The notes: generated by a model from the letters alone, not told the origin. A DNA stretch of 64,000 nucleotides from an uncultured Planctomycetia bacterium (GCA_964606485.1 CAZSGP010000001.1:417085-481084); one strand, 5' to 3'; shown: positions 18,526-28,992, numbered from the stretch's first letter. A program made the numbers and translations.

Positions 18526-19547
18526 GCGAATACTCCATTCTCGACGTCGGTCATAAGACGACTGTTGTCCTTACCGCTCGCCGCGCAACACCCAATAGTT
18601 GGCAGATTCTAGGGGCAGGAGACAGCCCAACCCGCGGTTTTTTAAACGGGGAAATTTCTCATATTGGCGACTTGGTGGAAACGCTTGCGGAGGCCCGACG
18701 AAAATGCGAAAAGGCGTCCGGTGTTGCCATTAATCGTTTGTATTACAATTTTGATGACTCGCAGATTCAATCCATTCGTTCCAAGGGCCATAAATATTTA
18801 AAGGGAGAAGGCGAGATCACCTCGGTCGATGTGAAGGATGCAGCCGACGCTGCGCGTCGAAGCGCCGATACTTTCGAGCGCGCCACGGTTTACGCCAAAG
18901 AATTGTCGTTTGTCATTGACGGACGCGATCCCGTTTGGGATCCGATTGGAGTTTTTGGAGCAGAGCTCGAGGCCACACTTCATTTGCTGCAGGCGCGCTC
19001 TTCGCTGTGCCAGCAATGGAAAAGCGCTATTGAGCGCGCGCATATTTCGCAAGGGACTCTCGTGCCGTCGGCTTGGTCGGCTGCCGTTGCGATTTTGCCG
19101 CCATCAGACCGCGAGCGCGTGAGACTGATTTTGGATTTGGGCGAAGATTTCTTTAATTTTTTTACTTTTGAAAAATCGCGCATTACCGATGCCTGCACGT
19201 TGCTAGCCTGCTTGGATAGTAATGGCACCATGGATGAAGGCGCAGCGATGCTCCTTAAAAAAATTACCCAAGAAAATCCAAACATCGAACAAGTTTTTGT
19301 GACGGGTGATTTGGCAAGCCAGGAAAAAGTAATTCAAAAACTCGAAAGTGTCACGGGTCTTCCTGTTTTACAAGCGCCGGCTCTTGGAGTGTCGGGAGTT
19401 TTATCGCAACCTCGTTTCGCGTCAGCCGTTGGCCTTTTGTCGGTAGCGGAAGAAATTGAAAAAAGAGAGCCTGTGATGCGTAAGCCCCGGGGATTTCTAG
19501 ATGGAGTCAAAACAAAGGCGACGACGTTTATTCATGAATACTTTTAA
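18522..19547 (+). CDS. ftsA: FtsA-like actin-fold cell division protein (short, degenerate nucleotide-binding motifs)
   Basis: 341 aa, where FtsA is usually ~410-440. [12 protein letters not shown] phosphate-1-like N-terminus. The region equivalent to DxGGGT reads LDLGEDFF. Alignable to FtsA along its length. ftsZ is not downstream. Confidence 0.65.
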   Translation: MSEYSILDVGHKTTVVLTARRATPNSWQILGAGDSPTRGFLNGEISHIGDLVETLAEARRKCEKASGVAINRLYYNFDDSQIQSIRSKGHKYLKGEGEITSVDVKDAADAARRSADTFERATVYAKELSFVIDGRDPVWDPIGVFGAELEATLHLLQARSSLCQQWKSAIERAHISQGTLVPSAWSAAVAILPPSDRERVRLILDLGEDFFNFFTFEKSRITDACTLLACLDSNGTMDEGAAMLLKKITQENPNIEQVFVTGDLASQEKVIQKLESVTGLPVLQAPALGVSGVLSQPRFASAVGLLSVAEEIEKREPVMRKPRGFLDGVKTKATTFIHEYF

Positions 19548-20748
19548 ACCAAGCCCCATTCCGGAAGTATTGGCGGAGCTCAAAAAAGGCCGCGTGATCA
19601 TCGTGGTGGACGACGAAGATCGCGAAAACGAAGGTGATCTCATCGTCTCCGCAGAATTTGCAACACCGGCCAATATTAATTTTATGGCCAAGCACGGCCG
19701 CGGCATTATTTGCGTGCCCATGGAGTCTGATCGTCTAAAGGAGCTTGGTATCGATTTAATGGTTCAGGTGAATACAGACGAGCTCAAAACGGCCTGGACG
19801 GTATCGATCGATGCCAAAAAGGGAGTCACGACCGGAATCTCCGCGTATGACCGCGCGCATACGATTAAAGTTTTAATTGATCCTAAGTCGAAGCCATCGG
19901 AATTGGCGAGACCGGGGCATATTTTCCCGCTGCGCGCCAGAGAGGGTGGCGTGCTCGTGCGCGCGGGCCACACCGAAGCGTGTGTGGACTTGATGAAGCT
20001 TGCCGGACTTTATCCGGCAGGCGCCATTTGTGAAATTATGAACGATGATGGCAGTATGGCGCGCACGCCGGATCTTGCGGCATTTGCAAAAACGCACAAA
20101 TTAAAAGTTTGCACCATTCGCGATCTCATCGAATACCGTCGCAAAAAGGAAAACCTGGTCTTCAAGGCGGTCGAAACGCAAATGACAAATGCGTACGGCG
20201 AATTTAAGCTTGTGGCCTACGAGTCTTCGGTGGATAAAGACTATCATGTGGCTCTCGTGATGGGAGATCTAACTGGTTCTAAGCCGGTGCTCGTGCGTGT
20301 GCACTCCGAATGTTTTACCGGAGACGTTCTGGGTTCCAAGCGATGTGACTGTGGTGAGCAATTAAACGCAGCGCTTGAGAAAATCGCCCGCGAAAAAAGA
20401 GGCGTTTTGCTTTACATGCGTCAAGAAGGGCGGGGGATTGGACTGCTGAACAAATTAAAAGCCTACCAACTTCAGGATCAGGGGCTGGATACTGTGGAGG
20501 CCAACGAGCGCCTGGGCTTTCCGGCGGATCTGCGACATTACGGAGTTGGCGCGCAAATTTTGGCAGATTTGGGAATCAAAAAAATTAAACTGCTAACCAA
20601 TAATCCTAAAAAAATTGTGGGTCTCGACGCGTATGGATTAAAAGTGGTCGAGCGCATTCCCATTGAAATGAAGCCAGGCCCTCACAATAAAAAATATCTC
20701 GCGACTAAAAAGAAAAAATTAGGCCATTTTCTGGAAGGCGTCGAATGA
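19534..20748 (+). CDS. ribBA: Bifunctional 3,4-dihydroxy-2-butanone-4-phosphate synthase / GTP cyclohydrolase II (RibBA)
   Basis: [14 protein letters not shown] (RibB domain); CDCGEQL and [11 protein letters not shown] (GTP cyclohydrolase II zinc site and loop). Start at the ATG at 19534, overlapping the ftsA-like stop by 14 nt. Confidence 0.9.
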   Translation: MNTFKPSPIPEVLAELKKGRVIIVVDDEDRENEGDLIVSAEFATPANINFMAKHGRGIICVPMESDRLKELGIDLMVQVNTDELKTAWTVSIDAKKGVTTGISAYDRAHTIKVLIDPKSKPSELARPGHIFPLRAREGGVLVRAGHTEACVDLMKLAGLYPAGAICEIMNDDGSMARTPDLAAFAKTHKLKVCTIRDLIEYRRKKENLVFKAVETQMTNAYGEFKLVAYESSVDKDYHVALVMGDLTGSKPVLVRVHSECFTGDVLGSKRCDCGEQLNAALEKIAREKRGVLLYMRQEGRGIGLLNKLKAYQLQDQGLDTVEANERLGFPADLRHYGVGAQILADLGIKKIKLLTNNPKKIVGLDAYGLKVVERIPIEMKPGPHNKKYLATKKKKLGHFLEGVE

Positions 20749-21209
20749 TTCGGAAAACGAAGGGAAGTTACTCGGCGAAAAATTTAAAATTTGCGATCGT
20801 GGTGTCGCAGTTCAACGAAGCGCTCACGAACCGCCTCTTAGAAGGTGCCGTGGATACACTTCTGCGCAGTGGCGCCCAGGAAAAAAATATTGAAGCTATT
20901 TACGTTCCGGGAGCATTTGAAATTCCGCTCGCAGTTAAAAAAATTATTTCGCGGGAAAAAATTGATGCAGTGATCACGCTAGCGGTGGTGATTCGGGGGA
21001 AGACCAAACATTTTGACCAGGTGGTAAAAGAATCAGCCAAAGGAGTGCGTGAAATTTCTATGAAAACTCAAGTTCCGGTTATTTTGGGAATTATCCCAGC
21101 AGAAAATGAAGCCGATGCGCTTGCGCGTACCGGCATTAAACAAGCCAACAAAGGTCGCGACTGGGCACTTGCCGCGATTGAAATGGCCAATCTCATGAAG
21201 AAAATTTAA
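20745..21209 (+). CDS. ribH: 6,7-dimethyl-8-ribityllumazine synthase
   Basis: 154 aa. [10 protein letters not shown]...VPGAFEIP lumazine synthase signature. Confidence 0.9.
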   Translation: MIRKTKGSYSAKNLKFAIVVSQFNEALTNRLLEGAVDTLLRSGAQEKNIEAIYVPGAFEIPLAVKKIISREKIDAVITLAVVIRGKTKHFDQVVKESAKGVREISMKTQVPVILGIIPAENEADALARTGIKQANKGRDWALAAIEMANLMKKI

Positions 21210-21210
21210 G

Positions 21211-21636
21211 ATGAGAAAACGCACCCGTTCGAGAGAAATGGCGCTTCAAGCGCTGTACCAGTTAGACCTCGTTCAATCGAAGATCTCTGAGGCTTTGGAA
21301 AGCACCCGCGAAGAGCGGCAAGCTGAAGCGGCCGGCCCCGAAGTTAAAAAATATGCAGAAGTTTTAGTTCGCGGCGTCTCTGACAAGATCACGGATCTCG
21401 ATCAAGTTATTGAGCAGTTTGCCGAACACTGGAAAATTAACCGCATGGCCTGTGTGGACCGGAACATTTTAAGACTCTCCGCGTATGAAATTATTTACGT
21501 GGATGATGTTCCGCCGAAAGTGGCCATGAACGAAGCCATTGAGCTCGCCAAAAAATTTGGAGACTCCGATTCTCCCAAATTCGTGAACGGTATTTTGGAC
21601 AAGGTGGCCAACGTTTATGGGAAAAATAAATCCTAA
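21211..21636 (+). CDS. nusB: Transcription antitermination factor NusB
   Basis: 141 aa. ARxxALQALYQ-type NusB N-terminus. Classic ribH-nusB pairing. Confidence 0.9.
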   Translation: MRKRTRSREMALQALYQLDLVQSKISEALESTREERQAEAAGPEVKKYAEVLVRGVSDKITDLDQVIEQFAEHWKINRMACVDRNILRLSAYEIIYVDDVPPKVAMNEAIELAKKFGDSDSPKFVNGILDKVANVYGKNKS

Positions 21637-22717
21637 AGATATTCTCCTGATGCGCCAGGCGCTCAAGTGCGCCGAAAAAGGCCGCGGAGCCGTTCACCCT
21701 AATCCCATGGTGGGTGCGGTTCTTGTGAAAGAAGGCCGAGTGATCGCAGAAGGCTTTCACGAGAAATTTGGCGACCCCCACGCTGAAGTGAACGCGATTA
21801 AAAATTCGAAAGTAGACCCTCGCGGAGCGACGCTCTACGTCACGCTCGAACCCTGTTCGCATCAAGGGAAAACGCCGCCTTGCGCAGAATTCGTCATTAA
21901 AAGCGGTATTAAAAAAGTGGTGATTGCGCGCCAGGACTCGAATCCACTCGTTTCAGGCCGTGGAATTGCTGCCCTCAAAAAAGCAGGTGTTGAAGTTGTG
22001 TTGGGCGTACTCGAAAAAGAAAGTTCGCGGCTGAACCAGGATTTTGATTTTTGGATCCGCACTAAAATTCCATACGTTGTGGTCAAAGCCGCTCAGAGCG
22101 TGGACGGTAAAATTGCCACGAGCAGCGGTGACTCACAGTGGATTACAGGGGTTGAAGCCCGAAAACTTTCGCATCAACTTCGCTTGGAGGCTGACGCGGT
22201 TTTGGTGGGGGTGAACACAGTCTTAAAAGACGATCCGAAGCTTAGCGTCCGTGCCGTCAGAACAAAGCATCAGCCCGTTAAAATTATTTTAGACAGTTTT
22301 TTAAAAACGCCCCCGAACGCTAAGATTTTTTCGAAGGAATCTCCGGGCAAAGTGATTCTTGCGGTCACATCCAAAGTATCTCGACGTAAAATAAAATCCT
22401 TCGAGAAAAAAGCGCAGGTTTTAGTGGTCCCAGAAAAGGCGGGCCGCGTGGATTTCGAGTCCCTACTCAGAACGCTTGGAAAAGACGGGATTGTGAAAAT
22501 CTTAGTTGAGGGCGGTGGTGAGACAATTGCCTCCGCGCTCGAATCCAAGCGTGTTCAGGAAGCTTATTTTTTTGTGGCACCAACGATTATTGGAGGCCGA
22601 AGCGCAGTCGGTTCGGTGGCTGGAAATGGCGTAGGTCGTTTATCGCAAGCGCTTCACTTTCGGGAGTGGAGTGCGAAGCCGGTGGGAAAAGATCTTTTGA
22701 TTCATGGGTATTTTTAA
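21617..22717 (+). CDS. ribD: Bifunctional riboflavin biosynthesis protein RibD (deaminase/reductase)
   Basis: HAEVNAI...PCSHQGKTPPC CDA zinc motif, then a RibD reductase C-terminal domain. Confidence 0.9.
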   Translation: MGKINPKDILLMRQALKCAEKGRGAVHPNPMVGAVLVKEGRVIAEGFHEKFGDPHAEVNAIKNSKVDPRGATLYVTLEPCSHQGKTPPCAEFVIKSGIKKVVIARQDSNPLVSGRGIAALKKAGVEVVLGVLEKESSRLNQDFDFWIRTKIPYVVVKAAQSVDGKIATSSGDSQWITGVEARKLSHQLRLEADAVLVGVNTVLKDDPKLSVRAVRTKHQPVKIILDSFLKTPPNAKIFSKESPGKVILAVTSKVSRRKIKSFEKKAQVLVVPEKAGRVDFESLLRTLGKDGIVKILVEGGGETIASALESKRVQEAYFFVAPTIIGGRSAVGSVAGNGVGRLSQALHFREWSAKPVGKDLLIHGYF

Positions 22718-22718
22718 A

Positions 22719-23303
22719 ATGTTCACAGGCATAATCGAAGCGCAGGGAACGGTTAAAGCTTTTAAAAGCGGCAAGCTTGAGATTGTGGTCCCTCAATTTT
22801 TTGGAAAATTAAAAAGGGGTTCGAGTCTCGCTGTCGACGGCGTTTGTCTCACCGTTACGCGCCAGACTGCAAGAATTGCTGTTTTTGACGTGGTTCGAGA
22901 AACCCAGAAGCGCAGCACACTTGGATTGCTCGCAGCTGGTAGCCAGGTTAATTTGGAGCGTCCGCTCAAATGGCAGGGGCGCATCGAAGGGCATTTTGTA
23001 TCGGGCCATGTGGACGGGGTAGGAATTGTTAAAGTGGTGACAAAACGCAAGAACGAAACGGATATTCAAATCCAAGCATCCCCCAATCTAAAGGCCTTTC
23101 TCGTTGAAAAGGGGTCTGTGGCCATTAATGGGGCGAGTCTGACCCTTGGGAAAGTTAAGGGGGGTATTTTTTGGATTCATTGCATCCCCCACACCTTAAA
23201 ACTCACTAATTTAAACCGCCTCCAAAAGGGCGATCGGGTGAATTTGGAAGCGGATCTCGCCGCAAAGTTGATTTGCGCCAAACGTTCCCGGCGTTTTAAT
23301 TGA
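22719..23303 (+). CDS. ribE: Riboflavin synthase alpha subunit
   Basis: MFTGIIE start; two lumazine-binding repeats (SLAVDGVCLTV / SVAINGASLTL). Start at the ATG at 22719 rather than the track's 22704. Confidence 0.9.
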   Translation: MFTGIIEAQGTVKAFKSGKLEIVVPQFFGKLKRGSSLAVDGVCLTVTRQTARIAVFDVVRETQKRSTLGLLAAGSQVNLERPLKWQGRIEGHFVSGHVDGVGIVKVVTKRKNETDIQIQASPNLKAFLVEKGSVAINGASLTLGKVKGGIFWIHCIPHTLKLTNLNRLQKGDRVNLEADLAAKLICAKRSRRFN

Positions 23304-23337
23304 CAAGGTGTTTCGAACGCTATAAGCTATTTCATCT

Positions 23338-24333
23338 ATGAAAAACAAAGCCATTGCACTCCTCGTTCTAGCATTATTTTTAGCCGGAAACACCGCTCAA
23401 GCCTACTGGGTTTGGAGCCCTGAAACAGGCAAGTGGGTGAACCCCAAAAAGTCCGCCAAGGACACCCCTGAAGACCAACTCGCCTGGGCTAAGCAGTTTT
23501 ATGACAATCGGGACTGGGACCGTTCTATCGAAGAATTTGAAAAGTTAGCCATCGTATTTCCTGCATCGCGTTTAGCGGCTGAAGGCGTTTATTTTACCGG
23601 CATGAGCTGGGAAGAAAAGGGAGATCTGGCCAAAGCAGCAGACAACTACCAGAAACTTATTGATAAGTATCCCTACAGCGATCGCATTAAAGACGCCATC
23701 GGCCGGGAGTTTGCCATTGCCGGATCGTTTGCGAGCGGCGGCAAAGTCAAAGTGTTGGGCGTGCCTGCGCTTCCGGGTCAGGAAAAGGCCATCGAACTCT
23801 ACAAACACATCATTAAAAATGCGCCGTTTGGAACTTTTGGGGACCAAGCTCAGTTTCAAATTGGCGAAGTCTACAAAATGCAAGGGGAGTACGAGGAGGC
23901 GCAGAAGGCGTTTCAAGCCGTGGTGGATGATTACCCGAACTCCGAACTGCTTCCGAAGGCGCGTTATCAAATTGCGTATTGCTCCATGCTTTCTTCGAAA
24001 AAATTTCAGTACAATGAGCAATCCGCCCAGCGCGCGATTGAAGAGTTTGAAGGTTTTAAGAAAAATTATCCTGCCAATGCCGCCTCGATCGAGGCCGATG
24101 AGTCCATCAAAGCGCTTCGTGAAAAACGGGCTGCGACTTATTGGGACACAGCAGAGTTTTATGAAAAACAAAGCAAGCTCGGAAGCGCAAAAGTTTATTA
24201 TCAGGAAGTGGTGGACCGCTTTCCAGACACGACTTACGGCGAGCGCGCAAAAAAGAAAGTGGCAGAGATGGTTATTTCTTCGAGCCAAAAAGAAAGTGCT
24301 CCCAAAAAGCCCTGGTACAAGGTGTGGGGATGA
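23338..24333 (+). CDS. Secreted TPR-repeat protein (BamD/YbgF-like)
   Basis: Signal peptide MKNKAIALLVLALFLAGNTAQA (SPase I type, no lipobox). Multiple TPR-like repeats. A promoter-like TTGACA sits at ~23301. Confidence 0.5.
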   Translation: MKNKAIALLVLALFLAGNTAQAYWVWSPETGKWVNPKKSAKDTPEDQLAWAKQFYDNRDWDRSIEEFEKLAIVFPASRLAAEGVYFTGMSWEEKGDLAKAADNYQKLIDKYPYSDRIKDAIGREFAIAGSFASGGKVKVLGVPALPGQEKAIELYKHIIKNAPFGTFGDQAQFQIGEVYKMQGEYEEAQKAFQAVVDDYPNSELLPKARYQIAYCSMLSSKKFQYNEQSAQRAIEEFEGFKKNYPANAASIEADESIKALREKRAATYWDTAEFYEKQSKLGSAKVYYQEVVDRFPDTTYGERAKKKVAEMVISSSQKESAPKKPWYKVWG

Positions 24334-24869
24334 GAAAATTACTTCTAACGCTTCTTTTGCCCCTAGCCTTACTTCAGAGCGGTTGCGGGTATTCTCAGAA
24401 ATCCCTTTTGCCGAGCCACATTAAGTCAATTCACATTTTGCCCGTAAAAAATACCATCGATTTATCTGCCGAAATCAGCGACAAGGACCGTTTTAAAGTT
24501 TACCGCCCGGGCGTGGAAGTGGAGCTTACGAACGCGATTATCAACCGTTTTATTTTTGACGGAACACTGCAAGTTTCAAAGTCCGGAGCTGCTGACGCGG
24601 TGGTTGAAGCGAAGCTTGTGGATTACCGCCGCGATGTGTTGCGATACACCAATGGGGACGATGTGGAGGAGTATCGCCTGAGCATTGTTCTCGACGTCAC
24701 GGTAACCGAGACGCAGTCTCAAAAACAGATTTGGCATGAAACAGGGCTCACCGGCGACACTACTTTTTTCCTTAGAAATGCCCGCGCTCAAACCGAAGAT
24801 GAAGCCGTGGCAAAGGCTGTGGATGACACGGCCCGCCGCGTGGTGGAAAAAACCGTAGAGATATGGTAA
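24324..24869 (+). CDS. lptE: Lipoprotein, LptE-like (LPS-assembly lipoprotein); located directly upstream of holA as in many Proteobacteria
   Basis: Lipobox LLQSGC. ~180 aa. Conserved lptE-holA synteny. Confidence 0.5.
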   Translation: MGMRKLLLTLLLPLALLQSGCGYSQKSLLPSHIKSIHILPVKNTIDLSAEISDKDRFKVYRPGVEVELTNAIINRFIFDGTLQVSKSGAADAVVEAKLVDYRRDVLRYTNGDDVEEYRLSIVLDVTVTETQSQKQIWHETGLTGDTTFFLRNARAQTEDEAVAKAVDDTARRVVEKTVEIW

Positions 24870-25828
24870 CCGCGCCCGAACCGGCAAAGGGCGCGCTGTA
24901 TCTTTTGACGGGTAAAGAAAGTTTCCTTAAAAAAGAATTTATTCAAAATCTCCGCACTGATGGCGTCTCCTGCCGTGAGTTTCACTCCGAAAATGATTCT
25001 CTGAATGAATTTCTGGACTTTGCCGGCACCTCTTCCTTTTTCGAATCTAAAAAAGTGGCTGTCTTGTGGAGTGTGGGGGATTTGCCTAAAGCGGACCGTG
25101 GACGACTGGCAAGCTTCATCAATGCGATTCCGGCCTCGTGCTCAGTGGTCCTCGAGTCCGAAGAGACCGCTTCTAAACGAAACGATTTTTTAACCGAACT
25201 TTTTTTAAAGGCCAAAGTGGTGACTTGCCACACGCCGTTTGACCGTGACTTGCCGCGCTGGGTTGAAACGCGCGCTAAAAAACGTGGAAAGGCTATTGCG
25301 GCACCCGCCGTTCAGGCGCTCATTTCTCAAAGCGCCAAGAATTTATCGCTCATCGATGCGTCGCTCGAGGAATTGTCACTCTACGCCATGGAGCGTGAGC
25401 GCATAGAGCTTGCCGATGTGGAGACGCTGCTTGGGCGCTCCGCTCAGAGCGACGCCTTTTTGTTGATGGATTTTATTTTAGACGGGAAAAAGAAAGAGGC
25501 CTTGTTTCTGGTGGGCGATATTTTAAAGTCGGGAAAGCGTGCGTTTGAAATTGTCGGAATGCTTCAGACTCAGTGGGAACGCTTACGGAAGGCTGTACAT
25601 CTTATGGAGAACGGGGCGTCCCAGCAAGAAATTGGAAATCAGCTCAGAGTTCACTCGTTTTTCCTGGAAAAATTTATGAGGCAGGTCCGACAGGTGAAGG
25701 CGGTTCAGTTTGATGAAATTGCCAGGCAGATTTTAGCATGCGACCAGTCGCTCAAAAGAAGTTTGGTTTCTGAGCGACTGGGCTTGGAAAAACTCGTTTT
25801 AGAAGAGTTTGTTACTTTAAAGAATTGA
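24863..25828 (+). CDS. holA: DNA polymerase III subunit delta (HolA)
   Basis: 321 aa. N-terminal LYLLTGKESFL and a clamp-loader delta fold. Downstream of the lptE-like gene. Confidence 0.75.
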   Translation: MVTAPEPAKGALYLLTGKESFLKKEFIQNLRTDGVSCREFHSENDSLNEFLDFAGTSSFFESKKVAVLWSVGDLPKADRGRLASFINAIPASCSVVLESEETASKRNDFLTELFLKAKVVTCHTPFDRDLPRWVETRAKKRGKAIAAPAVQALISQSAKNLSLIDASLEELSLYAMERERIELADVETLLGRSAQSDAFLLMDFILDGKKKEALFLVGDILKSGKRAFEIVGMLQTQWERLRKAVHLMENGASQQEIGNQLRVHSFFLEKFMRQVRQVKAVQFDEIARQILACDQSLKRSLVSERLGLEKLVLEEFVTLKN

Positions 25829-26075
25829 TTTTGAGCGTGATGCGGGACTTTTTTCTCGAGGCGCGGTTCTGATGGACAATTCCTTTTTTAACGGCCTTAT
25901 CCAGTTTCGAGAAAAAATTGCTGCTAGCTTTCACAGCCTCATCCCGTTTCTTGTCTGTGAGCGCGGTGGTGAGTTTGCGGGCAGCGGTGCGAAGGTCCGA
26001 GATAATACGGACATTAACTTCGCGGCGGCGAGCATCAATTCTGATTTTTTTAATAGCCGATCTTCTGTGTGCCAT
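25812..26075 (-). CDS. rpsT: 30S ribosomal protein S20
   Basis: 87 aa. MAHRRSAIKKIRIDARRREVN and KGIVHQNRASRKKSR are canonical S20. Confidence 0.9.
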   Translation of the reverse strand: MAHRRSAIKKIRIDARRREVNVRIISDLRTAARKLTTALTDKKRDEAVKASSNFFSKLDKAVKKGIVHQNRASRKKSRITLKINSLK

Positions 26076-26127
26076 AAGTTCCTTCTATTGTTAAATTGTC
26101 GTGAAATTCTACAGAAAATAAGCCTTT

Positions 26128-27687
26128 ATGTCAACCCATAGGCATTTAGCCAAATCTACCGGAATTATCGGGGGCTTAACCGCGGTGAGCCGTGTTTTGG
26201 GCTTTGTGCGGGACCTGGTTATCGCCTCCTTTTTTGGGACGGGGGTGGCGGCTGAGGCGTTTGTGGTCAGTTTCAAGATCCCCAATCTCTTGCGCGACCT
26301 GGTGGGGGAGGGCGCCACGAATGCGGCGTTTGTCCCTGTTTTAACGCAGTGCCACCAAGAGCGGAAGGAGGATTTTTGGAAGCTTGTGTCAACATTAGTG
26401 CTCACAATGACGCTTGTGCTGACAGCGCTTTCGGTGCTTGGCATTTGTTTTGCGCCCTGGGTGGTCAAAGCCATCGCACCGGGCTTCGCACAGTCGACCG
26501 ATAGCGAAAAACTTCCGCTCACGATTCATCTGACACAGATTATCTTTCCCTACATTTTACTGATTGGTCTCTCGGCACTGGCGATGGGAGTTTTAAATTC
26601 GCTCAAAGAATTCACGAGTTCCGCTTTGGGACCCTGCCTCATGAATCTTTCAATGATTGCGGCAGGTTTCTTTTTTGAAAGAACATACGGCCCAATGGCG
26701 CTTGTGATTGGAGTCCTGGCCGGAGGATTTTTACAGCTAGCCTGCCAGATCCCGGCGCTTTATCGCGTAGGATTTCGTTTTGAGAAGCCTGTTTTTAATC
26801 ATCCGGCGGTGGCGCAAATCGGAAAACTTTTAATTCCTCGAGCTCTAGGTTCAGCGCTTTACCAGATCAATGTATTCGTCGACTCAATCCTTGCATCTTT
26901 TGAAACGATTATCGGTCCGGGCGGGCAGTCGGCTCTTTATTATTCCAACCGCCTATTTCAGCTGCCGCTTGCGATATTCGGCGTTTCTTTGGCGCAAGCG
27001 GTTCTCCCGACTTTCTCAACGCAAGCCGTCCAAAAAGACATGGAGGGCTTTAAGCGCACACTCGCCGTGTCACTGCGCACGCTCGCGATGATTATTTTGC
27101 CAGCCGCGGTCGGGCTCCTTATGCTTTCGGAGCCGATTGTCCGAATAATTTTTGAGCACGGAAAATTTGATTCTTATTCGACAGGCATTACAAGCCAAGC
27201 GCTATTTTTTTACAGTTTCGGACTTTTGTCATGCTGCTTCATTAAAATTTATGCAAACGCATTTTATGCACTGCAAGACACCCGTACGCCGGTGAGAACG
27301 GCGTTGTTCGCCGTGTTTGTGAATATTTGCCTGAGTATTCTTCTGATGTATTCCTTGAGAATTGGGGGGCTGACACTCGCCTCGTCAATATCAGCGACCA
27401 TCAACGTTTGCTCGCTGCATTATTTTTTGAAGAAAAGGATTGGAGATTTTTCAGCGCCTGGATTTTTAAATTTTGCGTGGAAAATCGCTTTATCCAGCGC
27501 TGTGATGGCTGCCTACTGTTTTTTTCTGAACCAGTTTATTCTTGAAAACTGCAAGCATGCCTCAACGGCTGCGCAGGCTCTGCGGCTTGGAGGGGGAATC
27601 ACCGGCGGCGCTCTCCTTTATTTTGCCTGTGTGTATCTTCTACGCGTCGAAGAGCTCCAAAAAATTCTCAAATGGGCAAAGCGCTAG
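26128..27687 (+). CDS. murJ: Lipid II flippase MurJ (MviN)
   Basis: 519 aa, ~14 TM. GLTAVSRVLGFVRDLVIASFFG...PNLLRDLVGEGA MurJ N-terminal signature. Confidence 0.9.
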   Translation: MSTHRHLAKSTGIIGGLTAVSRVLGFVRDLVIASFFGTGVAAEAFVVSFKIPNLLRDLVGEGATNAAFVPVLTQCHQERKEDFWKLVSTLVLTMTLVLTALSVLGICFAPWVVKAIAPGFAQSTDSEKLPLTIHLTQIIFPYILLIGLSALAMGVLNSLKEFTSSALGPCLMNLSMIAAGFFFERTYGPMALVIGVLAGGFLQLACQIPALYRVGFRFEKPVFNHPAVAQIGKLLIPRALGSALYQINVFVDSILASFETIIGPGGQSALYYSNRLFQLPLAIFGVSLAQAVLPTFSTQAVQKDMEGFKRTLAVSLRTLAMIILPAAVGLLMLSEPIVRIIFEHGKFDSYSTGITSQALFFYSFGLLSCCFIKIYANAFYALQDTRTPVRTALFAVFVNICLSILLMYSLRIGGLTLASSISATINVCSLHYFLKKRIGDFSAPGFLNFAWKIALSSAVMAAYCFFLNQFILENCKHASTAAQALRLGGGITGGALLYFACVYLLRVEELQKILKWAKR

Positions 27688-28940
27688 TTTCCCCGAGTCT
27701 CGAACGTCGTATTCACGAATTGCCGCTGACCTGCGGCGTTTATTTTTTTAAGGACGGGCAGGGCATTCCGATCTACATCGGAAAAGCCATTTCCATTCGT
27801 AAGCGCATCCTGTCGCATTTTCGCGCGTATGGCGACACGGGTTCGAAAGCGGGGATGATGCTGTCGGAAGCGCGACGCATTGATTTTATAGAAACGCCGT
27901 CAGAAGCCGAGGCGCTGCTCCTCGAAGCGGCTCTCGTCAAAGAAAACCAGCCCAAGTTCAACAGCCTTTTAAAAGACGATAAAAGTTACCCTTTTTTAAA
28001 ATTAACGGCGGAGGAATATCCGCGGCTCATGGTGGTGCGAATCCGCAAATCCGACGGCGGGCGGTATTTTGGTCCCTACACCGATGTGCGTCTTCTCAAG
28101 CAGGCGGTTGGTCTATTGCGGCGCATGTTTCCGATGAGAACCTGCAAAAAACTTCCCAAAAAGGTGTGTCTCATGTATCACATCGGTCAGTGCGGGGGAC
28201 CGTGTGAAAATTTTCAATCGAAAGAAGATTATCTAAAAATCGTTAAAGAATTGGAAAATTTTTTAGATGGCCGCCGCGATGCGATGGTTCGCACGCTCAC
28301 GAAACGCATGAAAGAATTTTCTGCGGCCCAGGAATTTGAAAAAGCTAAAAGCACGTATGAAATGATTCGGGCTCTGTCTTTACTCCCGTCCGGGAATTCT
28401 AAAATAAAAGAGCGAAGCTCGCAAATTGAAGAACTTCAAAAAACGCTTGAGCTCCCCAAAACGCCGCACCGGATGGAATGTTTTGATATATCCAATATTT
28501 CCGGCAAGGAGGCGGTGGCGTCGATGGTGGTGTTTATCGATGGGCGTCCCGCAAAATCGGAGTATCGCAAGTTCAAGATTAAGACGGTTCAAGGAATTGA
28601 TGATTATAAGATGATGCGCGAAGTGGTGCGCCGGCGCTACACCCGCGTTTTAAACGAAAAAACACCTCTGCCAGATTTAGTGGTGATTGACGGGGGAAAG
28701 GGACACCTTTCCTCCGCGAAGGCGGAGTTGGATGTGATGGGGCTGCAGGACCAACCCATTATTTCCATCGCTAAGCAGCATGAGCATCTCTTTAAACCTG
28801 GTCGTGAAAAGCCCTATGTTTTGTCTTTAAGCTCGCCACTGCTTCAAATGATTCGTCATCTGCGCGACGAAGCCCACCGCTTCGCCATCCGCTACCACCG
28901 CGGCCTCCATCTCAAAGAGTCTCTCTCCAAAAAACGTTAA
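27672..28940 (+). CDS. uvrC: Excinuclease ABC subunit C (UvrC), short form without the C-terminal HhH domain
   Basis: GIY-YIG at the N-terminus (GVYFFKD...IYIGKA). Cys-rich CKK...CLMYHIGQCGGPC. UVR motif. RNase H-like endonuclease domain (FDISN...VIDGGKGHL). Ends at 422 aa, where UvrC is usually ~600. Confidence 0.8.
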   Translation: MGKALVSPSLERRIHELPLTCGVYFFKDGQGIPIYIGKAISIRKRILSHFRAYGDTGSKAGMMLSEARRIDFIETPSEAEALLLEAALVKENQPKFNSLLKDDKSYPFLKLTAEEYPRLMVVRIRKSDGGRYFGPYTDVRLLKQAVGLLRRMFPMRTCKKLPKKVCLMYHIGQCGGPCENFQSKEDYLKIVKELENFLDGRRDAMVRTLTKRMKEFSAAQEFEKAKSTYEMIRALSLLPSGNSKIKERSSQIEELQKTLELPKTPHRMECFDISNISGKEAVASMVVFIDGRPAKSEYRKFKIKTVQGIDDYKMMREVVRRRYTRVLNEKTPLPDLVVIDGGKGHLSSAKAELDVMGLQDQPIISIAKQHEHLFKPGREKPYVLSLSSPLLQMIRHLRDEAHRFAIRYHRGLHLKESLSKKR

Positions 28941-28992
28941 GTTAATAGAATATATACCTAGTATGCTTCCGGGATGCATACCGGGTTCAAAC

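Noticed and set aside
19400-19540. FMN riboswitch upstream of ribBA
   Set aside because: The ribBA start overlaps the ftsA-like stop, so there is no leader space, and no RFN-element consensus was seen.
23572-24424. Long alternative-frame ORFs (238 aa minus strand, 254 aa plus strand) inside the TPR protein gene
   Set aside because: Arg/Lys/Leu-rich low-complexity translations, fully nested in a well-supported CDS with signal peptide and TPR repeats; treated as frame shadows.
28960-28990. Hairpin GTATGC-N9-GCATAC after uvrC as a terminator
   Set aside because: A stem is present but no downstream U-tract. It was left as a possible RNA structure only.
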